DNA from: Pseudodesulfovibrio piezophilus C1TLV30
GTDB lineage: Bacteria; Desulfobacterota; Desulfovibrionia; Desulfovibrionales; Desulfovibrionaceae
DNA length: 32,000 nucleotides
Direction of reading: 5' to 3'
Assembly (NCBI RefSeq): GCF_000341895.1
Contig: NC_020409.1
Span: 1,110,001 to 1,142,000 of the forward strand
How positions within the stretch are numbered: position 1 is the stretch's first letter; each line of letters begins with the position of its first letter. This document shows positions 8,754-16,760 of this stretch, piece by piece. The notes below the pieces were generated by a model. The model worked only from the letters and a program-made list of their open reading frames with translations. It made no database searches and was not told the DNA's origin. The translations under genes and the position numbers were made by a program.

Positions 8754-9599
8754 TCAGAACTCCAGTTTGATCGGACGAGATGATCTGGATCGTTTATCCT
8801 CTGTCATATCATCGTCCTTGGCCTGAGCATGTGCCCTCTTTTCAACACTCTCCAGCAACTTCTGCGTGTTTTCGGTCTCCGTTTGTATCAATTTGAGAAA
8901 ACTCTGCGCTTCCGGCATCCCCGGATTCAACTCCAACGCTCGGTTGAGATGATCGCAACACGGCCGCCCGAGTCCCTTGCAATGATAGGCGCGGGCAATA
9001 TTGAAATGCAAATTCTCATCTTCTTCATGAACTTCAAGGGCTTTTGTGTAAAATCGAATGGCGTCATCAAAGAGTTTTTTCTTGCGCAAATTAATGCCAA
9101 ACTCATTAAAACGGTGCCGCTGCTCTTCACGAAAGACTTCATCAATATTCAAAAGTTTATCGAGCATTCGACGCAGCTTGGTATACTCCTGTTGCTCGGC
9201 ATACACTTGGGACAGCCCTAAGTTTCCCTCCACATTATCATCTTGAAGAAGGACTGCGCCACAGAAAACTTCTTCCGCGCGGTCCAGTTGTCCAAGATTG
9301 AAATAACGTCGCCCCATGCGAACTTTTTTCTGCAATGTCTCAAGGCAGGGCAACGTGTTATCCTGATAGTAGGAAAGCTCCGGTGTATAGTAGAGAAGAA
9401 AGTCTTCCTTAGAAACCAACTTGCAAACCCCAGTGGGGATATGGTTTGCATTGAGGGGACGGACCTCGTATAGCTCTTCACTACGTTTGCGGACAAACCA
9501 GAATGTCCCATGCCGATAGCGAGAACCTCGCTCCCCGAGCTTGTACTGATATTTGGTACTGTGGGAATAAACTCCCATCACTTCGTAGTCATTGCTCAC
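8754..9599 (-). CDS. TPR-repeat protein with an uncharacterised N-terminal domain
   Basis: TPR-like helices (...FNLGQLDRAEEVF..., ...AIRFYTKALEV..., ...NIARAYHCKG...LNRALELNP...). GTG start at 9599 is preceded by GAGGGG. Confidence 0.65.
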   Translation of the reverse strand: MSNDYEVMGVYSHSTKYQYKLGERGSRYRHGTFWFVRKRSEELYEVRPLNANHIPTGVCKLVSKEDFLLYYTPELSYYQDNTLPCLETLQKKVRMGRRYFNLGQLDRAEEVFCGAVLLQDDNVEGNLGLSQVYAEQQEYTKLRRMLDKLLNIDEVFREEQRHRFNEFGINLRKKKLFDDAIRFYTKALEVHEEDENLHFNIARAYHCKGLGRPCCDHLNRALELNPGMPEAQSFLKLIQTETENTQKLLESVEKRAHAQAKDDDMTEDKRSRSSRPIKLEF

Positions 9600-9734
9600 T
9601 TTCTACCCCTCGGCTGGATTCAATCGGTGAGACTGTATCCGTTCAACGAAAGACTTTCAAGAGCCGAACACCCTCCACACACTGGACTTGCCCTGTATTT
9701 GGCGTATACTCATGAAAATACAGATGAGGTCACC

Positions 9735-10034
9735 ATGGTTCAGGAGGAGATCAAGCGTATATTCGAAGCCTACTTCGAAAAATACAAAAAGACCGAAGGG
9801 GACCGAAGTTCCTGGTCGGCCTATTGGATGGAAATGACAGACAAAGGCGTTCTGGAGCTTAATATGACAAAATGCTCCAGAGGGACTATTTTCAAAGTAT
9901 TTGTGGATAAGAAGAAATCATTGGAATTTATTGGGTGGGATGCCTACTTTGAAGCTATGGAGCATTTCAAAAAAGAGCACCCCAAGCTTTATGAACCAGA
10001 CAAATTATTCTCCCAGATGGAAGAAATTATTTAA
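9735..10034 (+). CDS. Small hypothetical protein (99 aa, Lys/Glu-rich)
   Basis: ATG at 9735 with a GAGG SD 5 nt upstream. A TGGACT-N16-TATACT promoter-like pair lies at 9683-9710. No domain recognised. Confidence 0.5.
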   Translation: MVQEEIKRIFEAYFEKYKKTEGDRSSWSAYWMEMTDKGVLELNMTKCSRGTIFKVFVDKKKSLEFIGWDAYFEAMEHFKKEHPKLYEPDKLFSQMEEII

Positions 10035-10277
10035 TCACCGACATCGCTCATACGCACTTTTCCCTTGACGGCATAGACTTCTCAGAGTAAGGCCATCTAC
10101 TACAGTAGTCGGTGGCGTCCATGGGGACGCAGTCGGTAACCACCGGGCAGCACTGGCGATTGGTGAGCCAAAAAAGGGTTGTGGCAGGATTCTGAAACAC
10201 GAATTTTCTCCGCTTTGTATCACCAGGCGTAAAACGCCAATAGTTTTATTTCTTTACTTTTTTTGGAGTTTTTTCGA
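10035..10277 (+). promoter_or_regulatory. Structured non-coding leader (or small RNA) upstream of the RRM protein gene
   Basis: No credible ORF on either strand. Nested helices at 10110-10145, an alternative CACC/GGTG pairing, a short hairpin at 10226-10238, then a T-rich run and GGAG SD at 10265. Confidence 0.4.
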
Positions 10278-10541
10278 ATGGCTAAGAACATCTATGTGGG
10301 CAATTTGCCCTGGAGTTCCACGGAAGAGGACGTACGCGCTACATTTGAAGCCTACGGCGAAGTTTACTCGGTAAAACTGATTAACGATCGCGAAACAGGC
10401 CGCCCTCGCGGCTTCGGATTCGTCGAAATGGAAGACCAGGGTGCTCTCGAAGCCATCGAGAACCTGGACGGCAAGGACTTCGGGGGCCGCAATTTGAAGG
10501 TCAACGAAGCTCGTCCGCGTCCAGAACGCCCGCGCTGGTAG
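10278..10541 (+). CDS. RRM-type RNA-binding protein (Rbp family)
   Basis: RNP2 IYVGNL and RNP1 RGFGFVEM. The 87-aa size is typical of bacterial glycine-poor Rbps. Confidence 0.9.
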   Translation: MAKNIYVGNLPWSSTEEDVRATFEAYGEVYSVKLINDRETGRPRGFGFVEMEDQGALEAIENLDGKDFGGRNLKVNEARPRPERPRW

Positions 10542-10572
10542 ACAGACGACAGCCAAGTGGCTAGGTAAACCA

Positions 10573-10599
10573 AGCCCGCCCACGCAAGGGCGGGCTTTT
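10573..10599 (+). terminator. Rho-independent terminator/attenuator after rbp
   Basis: AGCCCGCCC-acgcaa-GGGCGGGCT followed by TTT(T)C. Confidence 0.8.
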
Positions 10600-10630
10600 C
10601 ACGTCTCATTAATAAGAGGATATATAATTT

Positions 10631-10849
10631 ATGGCAAAAGAAGAAGGAATCACAGTCCAGGGCACCGTCGAAGAAGCGTTGCCCAATGCAATGTTCCGTG
10701 TGGAACTTGAAAACGGACATTCCGTGCTCGCACATATTTCCGGAAAAATGCGCAAATTTCGTATTCGTGTTATGCCCGGCGACACTGTTACCGTCGAACT
10801 CTCCCCCTACGATCTGACACGCGGTCGCATCACCTTCCGCCCACGCTAA
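10631..10849 (+). CDS. infA: Translation initiation factor IF-1
   Basis: 72 aa. [30 protein letters not shown]...RGRITFR is the canonical IF-1 S1-fold sequence. Confidence 0.97.
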   Translation: MAKEEGITVQGTVEEALPNAMFRVELENGHSVLAHISGKMRKFRIRVMPGDTVTVELSPYDLTRGRITFRPR

Positions 10850-10900
10850 ATTTCTTTTAAGGTCGTTTGCCACGACCGCAAGCTTGGCGTAAGATGAGAC

Positions 10901-10948
10901 GATCAATGCCGCTGCGCGGATTGCCTGCGCAGGGGATTGATCGTTTTA
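10901..10948 (+). promoter_or_regulatory. Compound hairpin between infA and deaD (weak terminator/attenuator or processing site)
   Basis: GATCAAT...ATTGATC outer stem encloses a CTGCGC/GCGCAG inner stem and is followed by GTTTTA. A further GGTCGT-ttgcc-ACGACC hairpin lies at 10861-10877. Confidence 0.45.
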
Positions 10949-10995
10949 GGCTTGCGCGCTCTCATTTTTTTTACATGTCACACGACAAGGATACT

Positions 10996-12651
10996 ATGAC
11001 TACTTTCCAGGAACTAGGCCTGTCCGCAGGGACTCTCGAGGCCTTGGAATCCAAGGGGTTTGAGAGCCCCACCCCCATTCAGGAGCGCACCATTCCGTTG
11101 TTGCTCCAGGGAAATATCGATATCGTGGGCCAGGCCCAGACAGGGACAGGCAAGACCGCAGCCTTCGGTCTGCCCATCATTGAGACAGTACAGGAAAAGG
11201 GCGGCCGAGTGCAGGCTCTCATCCTCACCCCCACCCGCGAGTTGGCCATTCAGGTGGCTGATGAAATCAATTCACTCAAAGGGAACAAACGCATCAGGAT
11301 CATCCCCGTCTACGGCGGCCAGGCTATCCACATGCAATTCAAGGCGCTCAAACGTGGTGTTGATGTGATTGTCGGTACTCCAGGCCGAATCATGGACCAC
11401 ATGAAACGAGGCACGCTCAAGCTCGACCAGCTTGACTTCTTTGTTCTCGATGAAGCTGACGAGATGTGCAACATGGGCTTTGTGGATGATGTTCGCGAAA
11501 TCCTCGCATCTGCAAACACAGATAGGCGCACCCTGCTCTTCTCTGCGACCATGCCCAGAGAGGTCATGCGTATCGCAACCGAGTTCATGCGTGACTACGA
11601 GACTGTCACCGTCAAAACAACAAAGAATGACTCCCCGCTGATTCGCCATATCTTTCACGAAATGGCAGACTCCGATCGCTTTGAAGCCCTTTGCCGTGTC
11701 ATTGATGCTCAGCCCGAATTCTATGGTCTAGTCTTCACTCGAACCCGAGCTGATGCGGATACCGTCGCAGAACGGCTCAACGAACGCGGCTATCCTGCTG
11801 AACCGATCCATGGCGAGATCTCTCAGAATCGACGGGAAGATATTCTCAATCGATTCCGCAGACGCCGGGCCACAATCCTGGTCGCTACAGATGTGGCTGC
11901 GCGAGGTATTGATGTGCCGGACCTCACTCATGTGGTGAACTTTGCCCTGCCGCAGGACCCGCCGACCTTTGTTCACCGTACAGGCCGTACTGGCCGTGCA
12001 GGCAAAGAAGGCATAGCCATCACACTGATCACACCCAATGAATTCCGTAGACTGATGTATATCACCAAAAGCTCCGGCATCGAGATATCCAAGGAAAAAT
12101 TGCCCCGAATTCAGGATGTCATCTATTCCAAGAAGAGCCGGATGGTTACCAAGCTCGAATCAATCATGGCTGAAGACGATCATAGTGCCTACCAGCCCAT
12201 GGCGAAAGAATTGATGAGCGAACAGGACCCTGCTGAAATTATTGCCGCCCTTCTTCGTCATACCTTCGGGGATGAATTGGTGGAATCCAGCTACAAAGAA
12301 ATCGACACGATCACTCAGGGGAATCGGGGCAGAGCAGATCTGATCTGTGCTCTTGGTCGCTCTCATGGCATGAACCCCAAGGAGTTTGTCGATTTCATCT
12401 CCAAAACTGCCAATATCAAGCAATGGTCAATTCAGCACGTTCGGGTACAAGGGAATCGGACCACCTTTACTGTACCTGGAAATGAAGCCAACAAGGTTAT
12501 TGACCTCATTAATTCGAGAGATGGTCGCCAATTGATTACCCGTGGGGAAAACAATTCAAGACCACCCTCCCGTCGGGATTTTAAAAAGACAGGCGGTCCA
12601 AGATACGGTAAACGGCCCTTCAAAAAACCGTACAAACCGAAAAAAGATTAA
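10996..12651 (+). CDS. deaD: DEAD-box ATP-dependent RNA helicase with DbpA-type C-terminal RNA-binding domain and basic tail
   Basis: Q motif (TFQELGL...PTPIQ), AQTGTGKT, VLDEADEM, SAT, HRTGRTGRAG. C-terminal tail ...KRPFKKPYKPKKD. I chose the ATG at 10996 (AAGGA SD), not the upstream extension at 10867. Confidence 0.93.
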   Translation: MTTFQELGLSAGTLEALESKGFESPTPIQERTIPLLLQGNIDIVGQAQTGTGKTAAFGLPIIETVQEKGGRVQALILTPTRELAIQVADEINSLKGNKRIRIIPVYGGQAIHMQFKALKRGVDVIVGTPGRIMDHMKRGTLKLDQLDFFVLDEADEMCNMGFVDDVREILASANTDRRTLLFSATMPREVMRIATEFMRDYETVTVKTTKNDSPLIRHIFHEMADSDRFEALCRVIDAQPEFYGLVFTRTRADADTVAERLNERGYPAEPIHGEISQNRREDILNRFRRRRATILVATDVAARGIDVPDLTHVVNFALPQDPPTFVHRTGRTGRAGKEGIAITLITPNEFRRLMYITKSSGIEISKEKLPRIQDVIYSKKSRMVTKLESIMAEDDHSAYQPMAKELMSEQDPAEIIAALLRHTFGDELVESSYKEIDTITQGNRGRADLICALGRSHGMNPKEFVDFISKTANIKQWSIQHVRVQGNRTTFTVPGNEANKVIDLINSRDGRQLITRGENNSRPPSRRDFKKTGGPRYGKRPFKKPYKPKKD

Positions 12652-12693
12652 AAAAAAGTCCCCGTGAATCTGATATTCACGGGGACTTTTTTT
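12650..12693. terminator. Bidirectional rho-independent terminator shared by deaD (+) and the rhodanese-YceI gene (-)
   Basis: A8-GTCCCCGTGAAT-ctgat-ATTCACGGGGAC-T7: a perfect 12-bp stem flanked by an A-tract and a T-tract. Confidence 0.9.
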
Positions 12694-13627
12694 ACGAAGA
12701 AAACACCTCCGCAAGGACCAGCCTGAAATCAACTGAAATGAAATCAAAGACGGTATGATACCCAAGATATTGGAAAAATCGGGAAGCCCCGTAAATAATT
12801 CCCCATTGGGTTCGATCAAAGTCCAGATTGCCAACAATAACAATTCTCTTTTCATCAAGGTTTCTGATATGAACGGGAAAAGCTATCTCATTGCTGATGC
12901 CGCGCAAGGAGAGCGCCCCTTGCATCATTGCATTCGGCCGCGACACTTCCCCTTTTTCGACGATTCGAATCAGAGAAGTCTCAAAACGTGCCTCGGGAAA
13001 CAACGTCGTAAAAAAGAAATCATCAGAATGAAGATGCCCCTCAAGAACCGAATGCAAAGCATCTCCCTGAAGATCGAAATTCCTGAGGCTGTTCATATCA
13101 ATGACAAATTTCCCGGCCAGTTCCCCCCTGGCATCAAGAGTTCCCCGAGACAACGCGAGACTCCCTGTATGAGAGCTGTTGGCATTACGCCCAGTCCATT
13201 GAATTTCCGATTCTTCTGGAATAAGTGAATACAGCCGTGAAGCCAGCAGAAGAGGAGGATGAGCAGCCTCGACCGTATCAGGAGCACTCCCTGCCAAAGG
13301 ACGATTTTCCTCACGCCATTCTCCTAACCCACCCGGAAAAATTGAAACACAGTGATATCCGGCGCGGCCCAATTTATCAGCCGCCACGACACAGTCCTGC
13401 GACTTTTCACCAGCCCCATAGAGGACCAAGGACGTCTCCTTATCCGGCACCAGAGCTTCCATCAAAGAGAGAAATGCGACTTCATACACGCAAGCATTGA
13501 CTGCTCCGGGAATATGTCGACTCTCAAAATGTTCTGGCGGCAATGTATCCACAAGGACACACTCTTTCCCCACCATCAACTCCTGAATTTCTCGTGCAGT
13601 CAGTCGTTCGACAAACTGTGTTTCCAT
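12692..13627 (-). CDS. Fusion protein: N-terminal rhodanese-homology domain plus C-terminal YceI-like domain
   Basis: Rhodanese-like ...LVDTLPPEHFESRHIPGAVN...LVLYGAGEKSQD...FPGGLGEW. YceI-like ...IQWTGRNANSSHTGSL...GKFVIDMNSL...LHSDDFFFTTLFPEARFE...GALSLRGISNE.... Start at METQF, with AAGGAG 7 nt upstream. Confidence 0.7.
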   Translation of the reverse strand: METQFVERLTAREIQELMVGKECVLVDTLPPEHFESRHIPGAVNACVYEVAFLSLMEALVPDKETSLVLYGAGEKSQDCVVAADKLGRAGYHCVSIFPGGLGEWREENRPLAGSAPDTVEAAHPPLLLASRLYSLIPEESEIQWTGRNANSSHTGSLALSRGTLDARGELAGKFVIDMNSLRNFDLQGDALHSVLEGHLHSDDFFFTTLFPEARFETSLIRIVEKGEVSRPNAMMQGALSLRGISNEIAFPVHIRNLDEKRIVIVGNLDFDRTQWGIIYGASRFFQYLGYHTVFDFISVDFRLVLAEVFSS

Positions 13628-13830
13628 AGATATCTCCTTGAGCACATCCTTGACATGGTCACCCGCTGGTACCTCTCATTGCCCATACTCAAAGATGCCC
13701 TATAGCGGCAACAACTTGCTGTTTTTTATAAAAGGAATCTCGGAAACCAGAGTTATGCATCCCTCAAAATTGATCAGCCTGAAAACAGAAACTCCTGCGT
13801 CCAGACCGATCAACTTTATCAAGTAACTTT

Positions 13831-14178
13831 TTAGCTTGCTGCCCGACTCGTTCCGTGAATTTGATGCAGGTAGTGCAAAATATCCTTTTGATCGTCCAGA
13901 AAACTCCTGAACTGACTTTTTTTGACAGTTATCCCCAGTCCCCCGGCTTGAGCAGGATTAGCAAGAACCAGGGCAGGACAGGACTGATTTTCCTCACCAA
14001 GCACATCTACAAGGGCCTTTCTTGGCTGATCGTAATCGACATAAACAACATTGATCTTTTCGCGCAGCTCCGGGAAATAACTCAAAATGCCTTCCAGAGC
14101 GATACAATCCGGGCAGTAGAATGGACCAATGGTATCTTTGGTGAAATCACCTCGCAAAAGAAACAGGATATCTTTCAT
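13831..14178 (-). CDS. DUF3088-like small protein (thioredoxin-like CxxC context)
   Basis: MKDILFLLRGDF...FYCPDCIALEGILSYFPEL...VDYDQPRKALVDVLGEENQSCPALVL resembles the DUF3088 family as I remember it. AAGGAG lies 5 nt before the ATG at 14178. Confidence 0.6.
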   Translation of the reverse strand: MKDILFLLRGDFTKDTIGPFYCPDCIALEGILSYFPELREKINVVYVDYDQPRKALVDVLGEENQSCPALVLANPAQAGGLGITVKKSQFRSFLDDQKDILHYLHQIHGTSRAAS

Positions 14179-14310
14179 GTTCACTCCTTGGTGTTAGAAT
14201 ATTCCATACCTTAAGGATACCTCTATCACCCAAAATTGCAAAGGGAGGCTCACTCTTGCGAAGAATGACTCAAGACTCCTTCTCATCCCGAGTTTTCCTC
14301 GAAGCAAAAG

Positions 14311-14339
14311 CCCCCCATGCATAGTAGATGCATGGGGGG
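14311..14339 (-). terminator. Hairpin terminator downstream of the MCP-hemerythrin gene
   Basis: Perfect 12-bp stem CCCCCCATGCAT-agtag-ATGCATGGGGGG. On the minus strand it is followed by CTTTTGCTT, a short T-tract. Confidence 0.55.
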
Positions 14340-14409
14340 AGTCTCTTATATGAACGAATCGACTTGAGCGAAGATCAACGGAACTGATCTTTCATTACAC
14401 TCTTGAATA

Positions 14410-16602
14410 TTAGAATTTTTCGAAATCATCATCTCCCATATCCATATCAAATCCGCTTCCGCCAACACTCTTGCTCCCGGCTTTCTTCTGCCCGCTCTGA
14501 AGAGCGCTTCGGTATTTCATATCCTCCCCTTTAATGTGAGAAGTCAGCCAATCCTTGAGAAAGCGCATGACCTCACTGGAGATGGTTATCTTGCCGGACT
14601 TGAAATCCTTTTCGAGTTGGGTGGCTTTCTCAATCAGTTCGGCATGAAGTTTCTTGTGTTCCCTGGTTTGCGGATAGCCGTGAGCATCGAAAAGACGCTC
14701 TTCGTTTTCAAAATGCTTCACCACATAGGTCTTCAATTCCTTGAAAATAGTTTCCATGGCTTCAGTCCCTTTGCCCTCAGCCATGGCATTATTCAACCGA
14801 TTCACAATATCGACGATAACTTTATGCTCTTCATCAATGGCATCAATACCCACGGAAAAGGAATCATCCCAAGTGATGAGATGACGGCTTTTCTTTGGTG
14901 CCGCAGATGACACCGCCGGTGCTGAACGGCGCGAAACAGTCACGACCTTCTTTGTCTGGAGCGGGGCTGTTGGCCTGGGGGCGGGTTTTCTTACCTGAGG
15001 CTTTACACTTGTTCGCACCGCAGACGTGGAAGCCAAACGAGTCTGGCTCTGACCGGTATTGAAGAATTGCATGGACTGCTGCAACTCCGTGGCATGTCCT
15101 GTGAATTCCTCAGCGGATGCAGCAAGTTCCTCGGAGGCGGCTGCATTCTGCTGAATAACCTGATCCAGATCCTGAATGGCATTATTGATTTCCTGAGCAC
15201 CGATATTCTGCTCATTACTGGCTGAAGATATCTCCTGTACCAATTCGGCAGTCTGGCGAATATCCGGCACCATCTTCGTCAACATGTTCCCGGCAGCATC
15301 GGCCTGGGATAAAGTTGACGTTGATAAATCCCCTATCTCGGCAGCAGCAGTTCCACTGCGTTCCGCGAGTTTTCGTACTTCACTCGCCACAACCGCGAAC
15401 CCCTTCCCAGCTTCCCCGGCCCGAGCAGCCTCGATAGCGGCATTCAGGGCAAGGAGGTTGGTTTGCCTGGCGATTTCCTCGATAATGGATATTTTTTCAG
15501 CAATGTTCTTGATTGATTCCACGGCCTTTAAAACAGTCTCACCGCCTTTCTGGGCATCCTCTGCTGTCTGGGTCGCAATTTTTTCCGTCTGTTGAGCATT
15601 GTCAGTATTTCGACTGATCTGAGATATCATCTCTTCCATGGCAGAGGAAACTTCCTCCACAGCCGCAGCCTGCCGAGAAGCACCATCTGCCAGAGACTGG
15701 GCCGAACTGGTGACTTCCGTGCTTCCCGAAGCGACTTCATCTGCACCTGACTTCGCCCTGGTAGCTATGCCGCGCAACCGGATCACCATGGTCCCAAGCG
15801 CAGTTGTCAATTTGCCCAGTTCGTCATCAAACTCATTAGGGACATCACGGGTAAGGTCTCCACCTGCAACCCTGTCAGCCAATTCCACAGCATCGCGAAT
15901 AGGACTGATGATGGAACGAATAATCAAGAGACATAAGGGGAGCACCACAAAGACAAAGACAGCAAGAACCGCCCCTCCGCTCCACATGGCATATGCATTG
16001 ACAAGGGCATCCATGGATTCGGAAATAGTCATTTCCTTCTCGTGAACATTATCAATATAGACCCCTGTGCCGATCCACATGTCGGTTCCGGGGATCATGA
16101 CAGCATAGGAAAGCTTGGGCTGGTCTCCCTTATTGGGTTTGGGCCAGATATATGTTACAAACCCGCCTCCTCCATGGGCTTTCTTATTCAATTCCTGCAC
16201 CAACATGATGCCGTTCTTGTCTTGAAGATCGCCAAGATCTTTGCCTTGAAGCGATGTATTGGTGGGAAGAGCGACGTTGATGGTCTGCCTGTAAACAAAG
16301 AAGTACCCGGAACTATCTTCTTCAAATCGGACGCCTGCTACCAATTTTCGGATAATAGCTTTTTTTTCTTCAAGATCAGGTATTTCCTTAATTGCATCCC
16401 CAATACTGGTCGCCATGGATTGGGTGGAAACCGAAAGTTTCTGGCGTTCCCCCTCAAGCATTGCAGCCGTGGAACTTTCTATTCCCAACGCCTTGATATG
16501 ATTTATTCCGTTAAAAAAAGCGACGAGAATGCCTATGGTAAAAAGAACCACGACTCCCATCAATATGATCATCCTGACTTTGATAGATATCTTGCGAAGC
16601 AT
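14410..16602 (-). CDS. Methyl-accepting chemotaxis protein: Cache-like sensor, HAMP, MA signalling domain, C-terminal bacteriohemerythrin domain (DcrH-like)
   Basis: TM, then a periplasmic Cache-like region (SGYFFVY...WIGTGVY), a second TM and HAMP. Signalling hairpin [32 protein letters not shown]. Start at MLRKISIK (GGAG SD). Confidence 0.92.
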   Translation of the reverse strand: MLRKISIKVRMIILMGVVVLFTIGILVAFFNGINHIKALGIESSTAAMLEGERQKLSVSTQSMATSIGDAIKEIPDLEEKKAIIRKLVAGVRFEEDSSGYFFVYRQTINVALPTNTSLQGKDLGDLQDKNGIMLVQELNKKAHGGGGFVTYIWPKPNKGDQPKLSYAVMIPGTDMWIGTGVYIDNVHEKEMTISESMDALVNAYAMWSGGAVLAVFVFVVLPLCLLIIRSIISPIRDAVELADRVAGGDLTRDVPNEFDDELGKLTTALGTMVIRLRGIATRAKSGADEVASGSTEVTSSAQSLADGASRQAAAVEEVSSAMEEMISQISRNTDNAQQTEKIATQTAEDAQKGGETVLKAVESIKNIAEKISIIEEIARQTNLLALNAAIEAARAGEAGKGFAVVASEVRKLAERSGTAAAEIGDLSTSTLSQADAAGNMLTKMVPDIRQTAELVQEISSASNEQNIGAQEINNAIQDLDQVIQQNAAASEELAASAEEFTGHATELQQSMQFFNTGQSQTRLASTSAVRTSVKPQVRKPAPRPTAPLQTKKVVTVSRRSAPAVSSAAPKKSRHLITWDDSFSVGIDAIDEEHKVIVDIVNRLNNAMAEGKGTEAMETIFKELKTYVVKHFENEERLFDAHGYPQTREHKKLHAELIEKATQLEKDFKSGKITISSEVMRFLKDWLTSHIKGEDMKYRSALQSGQKKAGSKSVGGSGFDMDMGDDDFEKF
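14500..14877 (-). other. Bacteriohemerythrin domain inside the MCP
   Basis: [18 protein letters not shown]..., with the di-iron ligand pattern visible: H, HFENE, HKKLH, HIKGED. Confidence 0.85.
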
Positions 16603-16692
16603 GAAATTCTCCAGTGTAAAAAAACATTTTCGACTTAGCATATTGAGTAAAGTTCATCACTATCAATTATAAATATCGCATAATATCAATAA

Positions 16693-16721
16693 TTGACGGT
16701 GTCATAAGACCGGTATAGTTT
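16693..16721 (+). promoter_or_regulatory. Candidate sigma70-type promoter for the PAS/GAF kinase gene
   Basis: TTGACG-N17-TAGTTT in the AT-rich divergent intergenic region. Hexamer match only. Confidence 0.3.
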
Positions 16722-16760
16722 GTTTGATCGGACAATTTGTCAATGCATCACGGAGCCCCA

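Noticed and set aside
10121-10195. 24-codon uORF (MGTQSVTTGQHWRLVSQKRVVAGF) in the rbp leader
   Set aside because: There is no SD, and the ATG is buried in the loop of the strongest hairpin. It is more likely non-coding structure.
10140-10240. Possible riboswitch (B12-box-like GCACTGG; ZTP-like ACTGGCGA plus CCAGGCG)
   Set aside because: The matches are only short partial strings. The two ZTP-like pieces are on opposite strands relative to the consensus. The remaining conserved cores (such as GGGAAGGC or CCGCCTGGGC) are absent, and the downstream gene is not a typical target.
10364-10906. 180-aa minus-strand ORF spanning rbp, the terminator and infA
   Set aside because: It is antisense to two unmistakable conserved genes and crosses an intergenic terminator. 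The ORF is an artefact of codon bias on the opposite strand.
10867-10995. N-terminal extension of the DEAD-box helicase ORF (MPRPQAWRKMRR...)
   Set aside because: The region is occupied by hairpins and a T8 run. The helicase Q motif begins right after the ATG at 10996, which has an AAGGA SD. The extension has Arg-rich, non-protein-like composition.
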